Below, piece after piece: positions 24,624-34,029 of a stretch of DNA of 59,526 bases (within the stretch, counting starts at the first letter, position 1; every line of letters starts with the position of its first letter). Under the pieces are notes generated by a model. That model did no database searches. It was not told the origin of the DNA and worked only from the letters and a program-made list of their open reading frames with translations. The DNA comes from a virus (Duplodnaviria > Caudoviricetes): positions 1 through 59,526 of the IMG/VR virus record IMGVR_UViG_3300032330_001422. One strand, given 5' to 3'. The position numbers and the translations under genes are program-made.

Positions 24624-24954
24624 AGAAAACAATAAATATATGGTTAAGTCAGCCGATTGGTCTATGACTGTTAGTGTGAATGAAGAAATTTTTGACGATC
24701 CACACATTGAAGCGTGTACTAGATGTATCGAACGAAAAATTAAATCCCTAGAACCAGATGAAGATTTTCTTGTTAATCCCATCATGTTTGTTAAAAGTTT
24801 AAAGCGTAAAAATAGCAAAGAAAAAATTGTTAATACATACAAAGTACTTTTAAATGCGGGATTTCCAAGCAGAGCTGAAACTCTACGTAAAGTATTTTAT
24901 GCATCCACAGAAGTGGATCTAGCAAGTGAACCATTATCATCGTCTAAATACTAA
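24616..24954 (+). CDS. hypothetical protein
   Basis: 112-aa ORF coupled to the helicase. Confidence 0.7.
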   Translation: MSKENNKYMVKSADWSMTVSVNEEIFDDPHIEACTRCIERKIKSLEPDEDFLVNPIMFVKSLKRKNSKEKIVNTYKVLLNAGFPSRAETLRKVFYASTEVDLASEPLSSSKY

Positions 24955-25700
24955 TGGATAATATATTTGATCAACAACAAATTGTTAAAAAGTTAGAAGA
25001 GCTTGATGCTTTAAAAGTTAAAGTTGAAAAGCTTTTGTCTTTGAGTGAAATTGGACAAGACGTTAGAAAAGAGCTTGAGGAATTCAAAGAACTGCGTAAT
25101 AAAGGTGTAACTATACCACATTTGGAAAAACAATTTGCCGATCAAATATACCCTAAAAGACCACTCATGGGTAGATACAGCAAACCCATAACTGAATCTG
25201 AAATACGTGAGGCTCAAGAAAGAACTCCATCAGCAAAATTTGCAGCTAGATTATTGGGGGTTAGTTATAATACATTTAAAAATTATGCAAAAAAATATGG
25301 CATTCATAAAACAAAAGGATGGCCAATTGTAAAAGGAAAAACTGCTACAAGAAGTTTAAGCAATCCGCATGTTGGAAAGTATCCAATCAATGACATTCTT
25401 GATGGCAAACATCCAGACTTTCCAATTCATAGACTCAAAGATAAACTTATTAGAAGTGCTATTAAAAAAGCAGAATGTGAACAGTGTGGATTTCACGAGC
25501 GTAGAATCACAGATGGTAAGATTCCACTGTTGTTAAACTTTGATGATGGTAACAATAAAAACCACAAAATAGAAAACATACGTATGTTGTGTTATAATTG
25601 CACATTTACAAGCGGTAAAGGATATATTAGTAAAGGTCCAAAAGTATTTGATCCAGATATCTTACAAGACAGCAAAAAAATACTAAAACAACGTTTTTGA
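24954..25700 (+). CDS. HTH plus degenerate HNH-like zinc-finger protein
   Basis: AARLLGVSYNTFKNYAK HTH; CEQCG...LLLNFDDGN..NHKIENIRMLCYNC lacks the usual catalytic His. Confidence 0.75.
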   Translation: MDNIFDQQQIVKKLEELDALKVKVEKLLSLSEIGQDVRKELEEFKELRNKGVTIPHLEKQFADQIYPKRPLMGRYSKPITESEIREAQERTPSAKFAARLLGVSYNTFKNYAKKYGIHKTKGWPIVKGKTATRSLSNPHVGKYPINDILDGKHPDFPIHRLKDKLIRSAIKKAECEQCGFHERRITDGKIPLLLNFDDGNNKNHKIENIRMLCYNCTFTSGKGYISKGPKVFDPDILQDSKKILKQRF

Positions 25701-25716
25701 TTATATTTAATTATAA

Positions 25717-26190
25717 ATGAACAACCATCATCATTTATTATCTAAGCACGGCGTATTAGTTTCGTTTAATATTGCTAGGAAAATAAAACCGTCACAAATA
25801 AAATCCATTCGTAAAAAGCTAGAAAGTAAATTTACCGATCCAACGATAATCGAAAAAGAAATCAGTAAAGAAATTAAAAGAAAAACAAAAAAATTTTTGG
25901 GTGACAACGAAATACCGGGATTAGTTCACGATGAATATCCCCAAAAAAAGATTTATATAAACAAAAAAATCCAAGTTAAAATATTAAATTTATCCAATAA
26001 AGTAGCAGCTTATTGTAATAGTAATAAATTTACAAAAGAACATGTAATATTTTTTGTACAAGCACTTTTACATTTGTTAAAAATATCAAACGAGGATATG
26101 CAAAGATTTAAACAAAAATATAATATTAATCAAGACCCGCCAGATGACTATTTAGATGAAGACGATATTGACGAAGAAGAAGAAGAATGA
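25717..26190 (+). CDS. hypothetical protein with acidic tail
   Basis: 157-aa ORF. Confidence 0.65.
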   Translation: MNNHHHLLSKHGVLVSFNIARKIKPSQIKSIRKKLESKFTDPTIIEKEISKEIKRKTKKFLGDNEIPGLVHDEYPQKKIYINKKIQVKILNLSNKVAAYCNSNKFTKEHVIFFVQALLHLLKISNEDMQRFKQKYNINQDPPDDYLDEDDIDEEEEE

Positions 26191-27329
26191 AATTTATGGA
26201 TATATTAAATATTAATGATGTTGTACCTCTAATAGAAGGAAAAAAAGTTGTATTTGTTACAGGTGTTACCGGACAAGATGGTAGTCACATGGCAGACTAT
26301 CTTTTAACAAATACCGATTACTTTATAGTGGGGGGAGCTAGACGACTAAGTATCAAGAATCACGAAAACATAAAACACTTGGAAAATAATCCGAGATTCA
26401 AATTAGTTAACTTTGATTTGAGTGATGCACATAGTATTAGCAAAATTGTAGAAAAACTAAAACCAGAGTACTTTATTAATTTGGCCGCACAAACATTCGT
26501 TGGATCTAGTTGGGACTTTCCATCTCAAACGTGGGAATGTAATACCACAGGCGTAATTCACATCTTAGAAGCAATTAAACAACATAAACCATCCTGTAGA
26601 TTCTACAACGCGGGTAGCAGCGAAGAATATGGAGATGTCGAATACATTCCACAAGATGAAAATCATCCAGCAAAACCTCGTAGTCCATATGGAGCAAGTA
26701 AATCAGCAGCTAGACAATTGGTTAAAGTATACAGAGAATCATATCATTTATATGCAATTCAAGGATTGTTGTTCAACCATGAAGGTATTCGTAGAGGAGA
26801 AGAATTTGTAACTCGTAAAATTACAAAAGGTGTAGCAAGAATCAAGAAAGCTATAGTTGAAGGTAAATCATTTGAACCAATTGAATTGGGTAATGTAAAA
26901 GCTAAAAGAGATTGGAGTGACGCTGAAGATTTTGTCAAAGGTATTTGGTTAATGTTGAATCAAGAAAAATGTAGAGTTGATATGGACAGTAATATGCAAA
27001 TTGAAGAATATGTACTATCTAGCAATGAAACACATACAATCGCAGAATTTGTTTGGCATGCTTTTAAAGTTGCTGGAATTGAAGGTGCATGGCACGGTGA
27101 AGCAGAACGAGCAGAATTTAGCATCAGTACCAAAGATGCGATTAAATATGAACCTGTTTCATCCGTATTGGTTAAAATCAATCCCAAATTCTATAGACCA
27201 GCTGAAGTAGATCTGTTATTAGGAGATAGTACCAAAGCTAGAAACGAATTGGGATGGAAACCAGAAATTTCATTTGAACAACTTGTGGAAAAAATGGTAC
27301 TTAATGATCTAAAACAAATTGGATTATGA
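26187..27329 (+). CDS. gmd: GDP-mannose 4,6-dehydratase
   Basis: TGVTGQDGS, NLAAQTFV, SPYGASK, FNHEG.RRGEEFVTRKIT, KRDWS, YRPAEVDLLLGD. Confidence 0.96.
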   Translation: MKFMDILNINDVVPLIEGKKVVFVTGVTGQDGSHMADYLLTNTDYFIVGGARRLSIKNHENIKHLENNPRFKLVNFDLSDAHSISKIVEKLKPEYFINLAAQTFVGSSWDFPSQTWECNTTGVIHILEAIKQHKPSCRFYNAGSSEEYGDVEYIPQDENHPAKPRSPYGASKSAARQLVKVYRESYHLYAIQGLLFNHEGIRRGEEFVTRKITKGVARIKKAIVEGKSFEPIELGNVKAKRDWSDAEDFVKGIWLMLNQEKCRVDMDSNMQIEEYVLSSNETHTIAEFVWHAFKVAGIEGAWHGEAERAEFSISTKDAIKYEPVSSVLVKINPKFYRPAEVDLLLGDSTKARNELGWKPEISFEQLVEKMVLNDLKQIGL

Positions 27330-27724
27330 GTGACTCATATACATTATATAATGAAACAGTAATGGATCATTTTATTAACCCAAGAAATATGGGTGATATA
27401 AAAGATGCTGATGCAATCGGTGAAGTGGGCGCAGCTGCGTGTGGGGATATAATGAAAATTAGTCTTAAAATAGACGAAGAAACCAAAAAAGTTATTGATG
27501 CTAGATTTAAGACTTTTGGATGTGGTAGTGCTATAGCAGCTTCATCTATGGCTACCGAATTAATAAAAGGTAGAACCATAGAAGAACTTGAAAAGAATTT
27601 TAGTAATGATAATATAGTAGAAGCATTAGGCGGCCTACTACCAGTAAAAATTCACTGTTCGGTTTTGGCACATGAAGCATTAAGTGCAGCGTTAGAAGAT
27701 TACAAAAAAAGAAAAGGAATATAA
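27326..27724 (+). CDS. iscU: Fe-S cluster scaffold IscU/NifU-N
   Basis: DHFINPRNMG, ACGDIM, FKTFGCGSAIA, LLPVKIHCS. Confidence 0.95.
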   Translation: MSDSYTLYNETVMDHFINPRNMGDIKDADAIGEVGAAACGDIMKISLKIDEETKKVIDARFKTFGCGSAIAASSMATELIKGRTIEELEKNFSNDNIVEALGGLLPVKIHCSVLAHEALSAALEDYKKRKGI

Positions 27725-27727
27725 ATT

Positions 27728-27994
27728 ATGTTTAACAACAAAATACAAGGAATGAATCAAACTCCAAATGTTAATTTTGGATTGAAAGATACACAATCGG
27801 TACAATGTACTGAATGTCAATGTGCCGTTTTTCAAAACGGTGTTATGTTTAGAAAAGTAAGTAAAATCCTAGCCGGTACAGATAAAGATGCATTGGTACC
27901 AATTAATATACCATATTGTGTCAATTGTCTAGAACCATTGGATGAACTATTACCGACCGAATTAAAAAAAGTAAAGTTTAGTTTAGAACAATAA
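27728..27994 (+). CDS. zinc-ribbon hypothetical protein
   Basis: CTEC and CVNC pairs. Confidence 0.7.
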   Translation: MFNNKIQGMNQTPNVNFGLKDTQSVQCTECQCAVFQNGVMFRKVSKILAGTDKDALVPINIPYCVNCLEPLDELLPTELKKVKFSLEQ

Positions 27995-27997
27995 ATC

Positions 27998-28023
27998 AAA
28001 ACCCCTCGTAAGAGGGGTTTTTT
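27998..28023. terminator. bidirectional intrinsic terminator
   Basis: AAAACCCCTC-GTAA-GAGGGGTTTTT between convergent genes. Confidence 0.88.
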
Positions 28024-28026
28024 ATT

Positions 28027-29388
28027 TTATATCTTAATAGTCTTTGGAAAATATTTCAACTTAGATACAACATAATCAGTATCATAAAAAGCACATTGTT
28101 GTTCATATCCAATATAAAATTTGTTGAAATCATCCAAATAATCAGAACTACCCAGTTGATAATCTAATAGTAAATCAGTATCATCTAAATATTCTTTTTC
28201 GGCGCCAAACTTACCACAGATAATTCTATTACCAATCTTCTTTGCTGTATATGTACATAAACCAAATCCCTCGCCACGATTTAAAGTAAAATAAACATCT
28301 CCAATTTCATGTATAGTATTTATTTCATCGTTATTTAAGTTTTCAAAACAAAATATAACTTTGGGTGGATTATCATATTGTTTTAATAAATTAAACATTT
28401 TGTACTTTAAAACATCAGTTTCTTTTGAAGAGAAAAACTCAAGATATGTTTTGATAAACAAACATACGTTATCATCGTTAGTAAATTTTGTACAAAAACT
28501 ATTAATTACCTGACTTATATTTTTTCGATTAGAATACTGTGATATGTTATAATAAACTGTATTTTGTTGCGTTATGGTTTTTATTAATGAAGGATTTTGA
28601 ACAAATTGATATCCATCAAACATTACAAATCTATTATATAAACTATAAGAGTTGATATTTGTTGTTTGAAATGGAAATGTATCGTGGTACCAAAGATTTA
28701 ATTTCTTATTAACACCACTTTGTTTAAATGTTTCTATATTAAACTTAGAAGGAACTATAACTTCATCGACGCTGTTATTGATGAAATTAACCCATGTAGG
28801 ATGTAATTTTGTAGTTTCCCAAGTGGTTAATCCATATACTTTTTTGCTTCTTGGAGTCTGATCAAAAATAGGCTTCCAAGCCTCAGGTGTATGATGAATG
28901 ATAACAGAATCGTACTCAATTTTATTATTTAAACAATTAAATACCAATTGTTCTTCTTCGTTTACTGGTTTATAGAAATCTGAAGTTGTAAACTTATCAT
29001 GCCACTGTACATTATAACCAGACTGTAATAATTGATAAATATAGTTTCTAGCAGCATAACTGTATCCTGTATAACTGTTTTGTGATATGTATAGTACATT
29101 TTTTCCTTTTATGAAACTTAAATTCTTGAAGTCATAACTATACAAACATCTATAATCCTTTAATAAAATTACTTTAAATGTAATACCGTTTTCAAAAAAC
29201 GATATATCTTTGTTAATTCCAGAATAATATTCAGTATTTTCGTTTAGACTAACAGCATCAACATATTTTATATTTTTGGATAAACTATCTTCCCAAATAA
29301 ATAACCCAGGTTCATTGTTGACCGATTCATTTATTCGTACTTTAATTAATAGAGGACTATGTTGCTTTTCAATCAGTGTAACCGACAT
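28027..29388 (-). CDS. GT-B (GT4-like) glycosyltransferase
   Basis: TGYSYAAR, TTWETT, VPSKFN, RKN, RGEGFGL. Confidence 0.85.
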   Translation of the reverse strand: MSVTLIEKQHSPLLIKVRINESVNNEPGLFIWEDSLSKNIKYVDAVSLNENTEYYSGINKDISFFENGITFKVILLKDYRCLYSYDFKNLSFIKGKNVLYISQNSYTGYSYAARNYIYQLLQSGYNVQWHDKFTTSDFYKPVNEEEQLVFNCLNNKIEYDSVIIHHTPEAWKPIFDQTPRSKKVYGLTTWETTKLHPTWVNFINNSVDEVIVPSKFNIETFKQSGVNKKLNLWYHDTFPFQTTNINSYSLYNRFVMFDGYQFVQNPSLIKTITQQNTVYYNISQYSNRKNISQVINSFCTKFTNDDNVCLFIKTYLEFFSSKETDVLKYKMFNLLKQYDNPPKVIFCFENLNNDEINTIHEIGDVYFTLNRGEGFGLCTYTAKKIGNRIICGKFGAEKEYLDDTDLLLDYQLGSSDYLDDFNKFYIGYEQQCAFYDTDYVVSKLKYFPKTIKI

Positions 29389-29409
29389 AACAAAGATAAC
29401 TATTGTAAA

Positions 29410-29748
29410 CTAATCAAGCAACATTTTTTTATTACTAACTTTCTCGTCAATTACTCCCATTTTTCCTTTAAGCATCCTTAAAGCAGCTTTGGGATTCATT
29501 TTACCAAAGTTAAATCCCATTATTCCATACTTTTGACAAAACTCTTCTAACTCTTGAATATCTTTTGGGTCATACTGTTGAATAGGATCATTAATATAAC
29601 CAGTATCAGTATCTACATTTGATTGTTTACGTCTCAACATAGCTTGATATGGATCAAAACCATTAATAGATGATACAGGCGCACTCTGTTGACGCATTAC
29701 CATCATAGCCTGTACGTTACCCATGCCTATTGTCGGCCATTCTTCCAT
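29410..29748 (-). CDS. hypothetical protein
   Basis: 112-aa ORF in an operon-like run. Confidence 0.65.
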   Translation of the reverse strand: MEEWPTIGMGNVQAMMVMRQQSAPVSSINGFDPYQAMLRRKQSNVDTDTGYINDPIQQYDPKDIQELEEFCQKYGIMGFNFGKMNPKAALRMLKGKMGVIDEKVSNKKMLLD

Positions 29749-29751
29749 AAC

Positions 29752-31215
29752 TCAGAAATAAGTTGTAAAACCAAAGTACTCAGCTAAAAATCTTTTTAAG
29801 AATTCTGAGTTTCTACCTTTTAGTTCTTTACCACCAGCATATCTCTTATACTGACTCTTCATACCTTCCAAGTCATTTTTCAATGCAAATTCGGTAAACT
29901 TAGGAAATTTCTTCAATGTACCCATATTGAATACAAAATCAATAAACATTTCTTCTTGTTGAGGAGTTAATTTAACACTGCCTAGTTCCTTGTAAACTTG
30001 TTGTTTTGCTTTTGCTAAATCCGTCTTTAACAGAGACTCAGCTTGAGCATCTGTTATACCTTTACTAAAATCCTCACCTTTTTGTATTTTATGACCATAT
30101 CCAATAGTATCACTGCCACCTTCAAAACTCTTGTGAGGAAACCACAATTTCTTTTCAGTATTATATCCCACTTTACCTTGATTTTCTACTTTCTTAATAT
30201 AGTCCATAAAAGACCCAACAGATTTTTGCACACTTTGTGTTATAGCTGCTTGATCCGTTGGTTTTATTTTCGAAGCATCAACTTTACCAGACATTGCGCC
30301 CAATCCAATAGCTCCAGCAGCAACCCAGTCTTTCCAACCTTCTTCAAGATCGTGTGCAACTTTTACTTCGTTAAACTTTCTACCTTGTGGACCGAAATGA
30401 TCTAGGTGGTGATACACATCGTCCAAGTATTCACCGGCCAAGTTCAACTTAGCTTTTACCCAGTCTTCCAACTCAGAATCTGGTTGCAACATTCCCTCTA
30501 ATTCTTTAGCATCACTGTTAAGTTGTTTCAAAGCACCCATAGCCATACTGCTATTAAATTCTTTTAACATATGACGTACCACCGTTTCATATATTTCTCT
30601 TACTGGTTTACTTTGTGTATGTTTACCAGCTTGTCTTAGTCTTCTAGCTTTACAATGAGCTTTTTGACTAAAACCTTTTGCGTTACTACAATCAATACTT
30701 TTTTTATACTTATTTGTCCATTTTTCATTTATTTGATCATCAGAAGTACCCGATTCTTTTTCATCGTGGTAAAACTTCAAATAATCACGTACTGTAGCTA
30801 CATAGTCACATGCATGATTCAATTTAGCTTTAACCCAGTCTTCTAAATTATCATCTACGTTAAACATCGATTGTAGTTTTTCACTATAATCAACAATCTT
30901 AGTAACGTCACTTTGAGCCATCTCAGCTGATTCGTTAATTGTTTCGGGTTCCATTAATTTATCTAATGTATTATTCTTTTGTGCATTTTTCAAGTCTTTG
31001 GTTTGTATTGGTAACAACTCAGACGCAGAATATCTAGATTGATCACCGGTAAACTTATAATATCGTGGTAATGTAGCGATGTCCCAATCAGTATTGATAG
31101 GATCTACTATTTGCAAGAAATAATAAGACTTATCATTATACATGTCAGGTGAGGGTCTTGCTTTATCAGAGAAAAACCCCAATTGTCCTGTACGTCTAAT
31201 CTTGAACAGAGGCAT
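29752..31215 (-). CDS. modular protein with C-terminal phage lysozyme (GH24-like) domain
   Basis: KKVE...DTIGYGH...GIT..QAESLL..DL...DFVFNMG; duplicated LEDWVKAKLN module; SIDCSNAKGFSQKAHC module. Confidence 0.82.
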   Translation of the reverse strand: MPLFKIRRTGQLGFFSDKARPSPDMYNDKSYYFLQIVDPINTDWDIATLPRYYKFTGDQSRYSASELLPIQTKDLKNAQKNNTLDKLMEPETINESAEMAQSDVTKIVDYSEKLQSMFNVDDNLEDWVKAKLNHACDYVATVRDYLKFYHDEKESGTSDDQINEKWTNKYKKSIDCSNAKGFSQKAHCKARRLRQAGKHTQSKPVREIYETVVRHMLKEFNSSMAMGALKQLNSDAKELEGMLQPDSELEDWVKAKLNLAGEYLDDVYHHLDHFGPQGRKFNEVKVAHDLEEGWKDWVAAGAIGLGAMSGKVDASKIKPTDQAAITQSVQKSVGSFMDYIKKVENQGKVGYNTEKKLWFPHKSFEGGSDTIGYGHKIQKGEDFSKGITDAQAESLLKTDLAKAKQQVYKELGSVKLTPQQEEMFIDFVFNMGTLKKFPKFTEFALKNDLEGMKSQYKRYAGGKELKGRNSEFLKRFLAEYFGFTTYF

Positions 31216-31224
31216 AAAATTATA

Positions 31225-33195
31225 TTACTTCTTCTTTAACTTACTAAGTGTCATTGCTAGTCTAGCACGTTGACCAACTTTACCACCCTTTTTTGCAGCG
31301 GCTGCTAACTTACCGGCTGGAATTTTTTCTCCACTTGGAACGTGTAGTGATTTCTTCAAAGCGCCTGGTTTACTAATGGCTTTTTGTATCCATTTCTTTT
31401 TAGCTTCATCCATTGAATCTGATTCATCGGATGTAACATCATCAACAGATTCACCGCTTTCTTCTCCAGCTTTAATTGGCAATTGATCGCTGCTCATATT
31501 AGCAGCGTTAGCTTCTACATCATCTTCAGCGGGTACTACAGCATTTGCATCTTCTGGGCCAGCTGGAGTTTGATCAACATCCTCTCCCGGAGGAGTTAGT
31601 TGTGTCATTAATAGATTATGAAGTTTTTGAGCAAGTTCACGATCCAATGTAATAGTTACAGATTCTCTTTCTGCATCCACATTAACATCGTCTTGTTCAA
31701 TTTCATGAATCATTTTTTTGATAACTTCTTTTAGTTGTTGTTTATTCATAGTTTTTTTGCTTTCTGCATATCCGACAAAATCATATCCACTACCATTTGT
31801 ACCAGATCCAATCATTGTTCCGTCTGATGGGTATGGACTTTCCATAGCTTGAGCTGGATAAGCTTCACTCATTCTCCAACCACCGCCTTTACTCTTATAC
31901 CATTTTGCAGCCCATCCATTAGCATAAGCTGAATTACCTGTTATTGTTATCAAACCATTTTGATACATAACCCAAGTATTATTTTCAGTTGTTGGACACC
32001 ATACATCTTCGTTTTCAACTTTTTCAAATTTAATATTTTGAACCGAATGATATTTTTTATTTCTAATAAAATTAGCAGATGTAATATAATCTCTATCATT
32101 TACTGAAACGTAGTAACCACTTAGATAAGCTGCGAGTAATCCAGCATCTAAATGATCTGAATTTTTTTGTACAAATCCAAATGTATGTCGTCCTTCTATT
32201 TTAGAAGATGTACCTTTATCCCAACCATCATATATTATTGATGCGGCTAAAAATGCTTTTCTTTGATCTGAACTCATATTAATTACATTTTCAGTCCAAT
32301 TGTCAAATTTTGAAAAATCTTCTAATAAAATTTTATTTTCTGTTTTTAATTCAGCACACATTACGATCCTAGATCTTTTTGGCAAATCTTTGGTTTCAAT
32401 TAATTCTGTAGTAGAATAATCATTGCCTCTTCTAACTACCCATTTATGATTAGGTGTACATTTGATTGAAAATCCGGTTGGTTTAAACATTCTCATCATC
32501 TCGGCGTTTTCAAAAAAATTAAGATTTATAATTGGTTTCCATTCCAGTTCATCTTTTTCTATATTATATGTAAGAATTAACTCTCCTTTATTTAATTCTT
32601 CATATGATTTCCATCCGTTTTTTGTTAACGCTTTACTATCCAATGGTACACATGGATAAACATCAAATTTTGAACGAGCCGCTGATTTAGCTCTAGCCCA
32701 AAGTGCGGGATTGGTTGGCTTTGGTTTTCTTTTACCTTTACCGGATTTTCTTCTTTTCTTTTCGTCTAACATAGCTTCTTCCAAGCTACTAAACACTTGT
32801 TCTTCCAGCTCAATATCAATAGTTTTATTAATAATTGGTTCACTGTTTCTACCGTCAACTTGACCATTTGGTGTTTTACCGATAATACCACTCATATTTC
32901 CCTTTTGTAATCCACCATTACCCACTCTTGCCTCATCGTTAAAACTTTGGTTTGGATCACCAAAGCCAGAACTGGTTGATGGTTTAAATTCACTTGCTAA
33001 TCCAGCAGCAACTAACTTAGAATAGTATTTTGGATCTTCTGTTAAATGATCCATTGCAATTTCTTTTGCAATATCTAAATCGTTGGTATGTTCCATTTCA
33101 ATTTGTATACCTGTACTTAATTGAATTGGATCAACCTGATTCGTTGAAGTCTTATCACCGATTCCTCCTGGCAACTTTACTAAATTATTAATCAT
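31225..33195 (-). CDS. modular putative virion protein containing an intein
   Basis: GIQIEMEHT...IAMDHL.EDPKYYSKL domain; KFDVYP|SAYANGW module split by an intein; C-terminal KKWIQKAI.KPGAL module. Confidence 0.8.
   Translation of the reverse strand: MINNLVKLPGGIGDKTSTNQVDPIQLSTGIQIEMEHTNDLDIAKEIAMDHLTEDPKYYSKLVAAGLASEFKPSTSSGFGDPNQSFNDEARVGNGGLQKGNMSGIIGKTPNGQVDGRNSEPIINKTIDIELEEQVFSSLEEAMLDEKKRRKSGKGKRKPKPTNPALWARAKSAARSKFDVYPCVPLDSKALTKNGWKSYEELNKGELILTYNIEKDELEWKPIINLNFFENAEMMRMFKPTGFSIKCTPNHKWVVRRGNDYSTTELIETKDLPKRSRIVMCAELKTENKILLEDFSKFDNWTENVINMSSDQRKAFLAASIIYDGWDKGTSSKIEGRHTFGFVQKNSDHLDAGLLAAYLSGYYVSVNDRDYITSANFIRNKKYHSVQNIKFEKVENEDVWCPTTENNTWVMYQNGLITITGNSAYANGWAAKWYKSKGGGWRMSEAYPAQAMESPYPSDGTMIGSGTNGSGYDFVGYAESKKTMNKQQLKEVIKKMIHEIEQDDVNVDAERESVTITLDRELAQKLHNLLMTQLTPPGEDVDQTPAGPEDANAVVPAEDDVEANAANMSSDQLPIKAGEESGESVDDVTSDESDSMDEAKKKWIQKAISKPGALKKSLHVPSGEKIPAGKLAAAAKKGGKVGQRARLAMTLSKLKKK
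31933..32652 (-). mobile_element. intein (240 aa) with reduced LAGLIDADG-like region
   Basis: Starts CVPLDSKALTKNGWK, block B CTPNHKW, AFLAASIIYDG remnant, VWCPTT..NTW, ends ITGN followed by Ser+1. Confidence 0.92.
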
Positions 33196-33391
33196 TCTTC
33201 AGTCCTTGTTGAAATTTTAAAAAGCTTTTACCACTTCCTGCGCCTGGGTCGATCATCCATCTACGACCTCTCATTGGGTCACTTCCTAAACTCGGATCGT
33301 GAAATCTACCATCACCGATATAATGCCATCCTTTATGAAGTGGTTCTGGTTTATGGTATTTAGGAGGTCCGTCTTTAGCAAAGTTTCTCAT
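33188..33391 (-). CDS. hypothetical protein
   Basis: 67-aa ORF overlapping the next start. Confidence 0.55.
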   Translation of the reverse strand: MRNFAKDGPPKYHKPEPLHKGWHYIGDGRFHDPSLGSDPMRGRRWMIDPGAGSGKSFLKFQQGLKND

Positions 33392-33403
33392 ATATAATAA
33401 ACA

Positions 33404-33946
33404 TTAACTCCAATTTCTACGTTGTTTCTTCTTTTCGTGTAAATCCCTCATTATTTCAGATATAGCTTTTTCTTGTGGTGTGCGATAATCAGGTATTTCT
33501 TCTAATTTTTTTTCTTCTTCTCCATCATCAATACCCATCATGTGGAGTTTACTATAGTATTGATTGTCTTTTTTTAAATTGTTCACAACGTTTTGTTTGG
33601 CTACTTGTTTATCTTTTAGTACAAGTTTCTTCATTTCATAATCAATACCCATAATAACTTCATCGGGAGTTACTTTATATTTAATTTTTTCAACATCCCC
33701 CACATAATCTCTTGGGTTTTGACCAGTATAAGGTCCAAATGGGGTTATTTTTGACATTGAATCTTTTGCATCGGCTGTAATCTTGCTTTTATCAGTTAAT
33801 GTGCCAAAATGATTAGGATCTTGTGACACATCTGGACTCGTAAACATAGACACATCAGAAGCACCAGAAACAGCTCCTCCTTGTGCAAAGGGTAAACCTT
33901 GCATCATTCTGTCGCCGGTATCTCCTAATTCTTGTAGTTTAGACAT
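33404..33946 (-). CDS. hypothetical protein with a domain paralogous to the N-terminus of 31225..33195
   Basis: GIDYEMK...NLKKDNQYYSKL versus GIQIEMEH...HLTEDPKYYSKL; TATTTATA 5 nt before the ATG. Confidence 0.7.
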   Translation of the reverse strand: MSKLQELGDTGDRMMQGLPFAQGGAVSGASDVSMFTSPDVSQDPNHFGTLTDKSKITADAKDSMSKITPFGPYTGQNPRDYVGDVEKIKYKVTPDEVIMGIDYEMKKLVLKDKQVAKQNVVNNLKKDNQYYSKLHMMGIDDGEEEKKLEEIPDYRTPQEKAISEIMRDLHEKKKQRRNWS

Positions 33947-34029
33947 ATACTTATAAATATATAAATTGTGATTTTAAATCTTATATTTATAATATATAGC
34001 AAATTATATTAGTTGATTCAATTGGTCGT

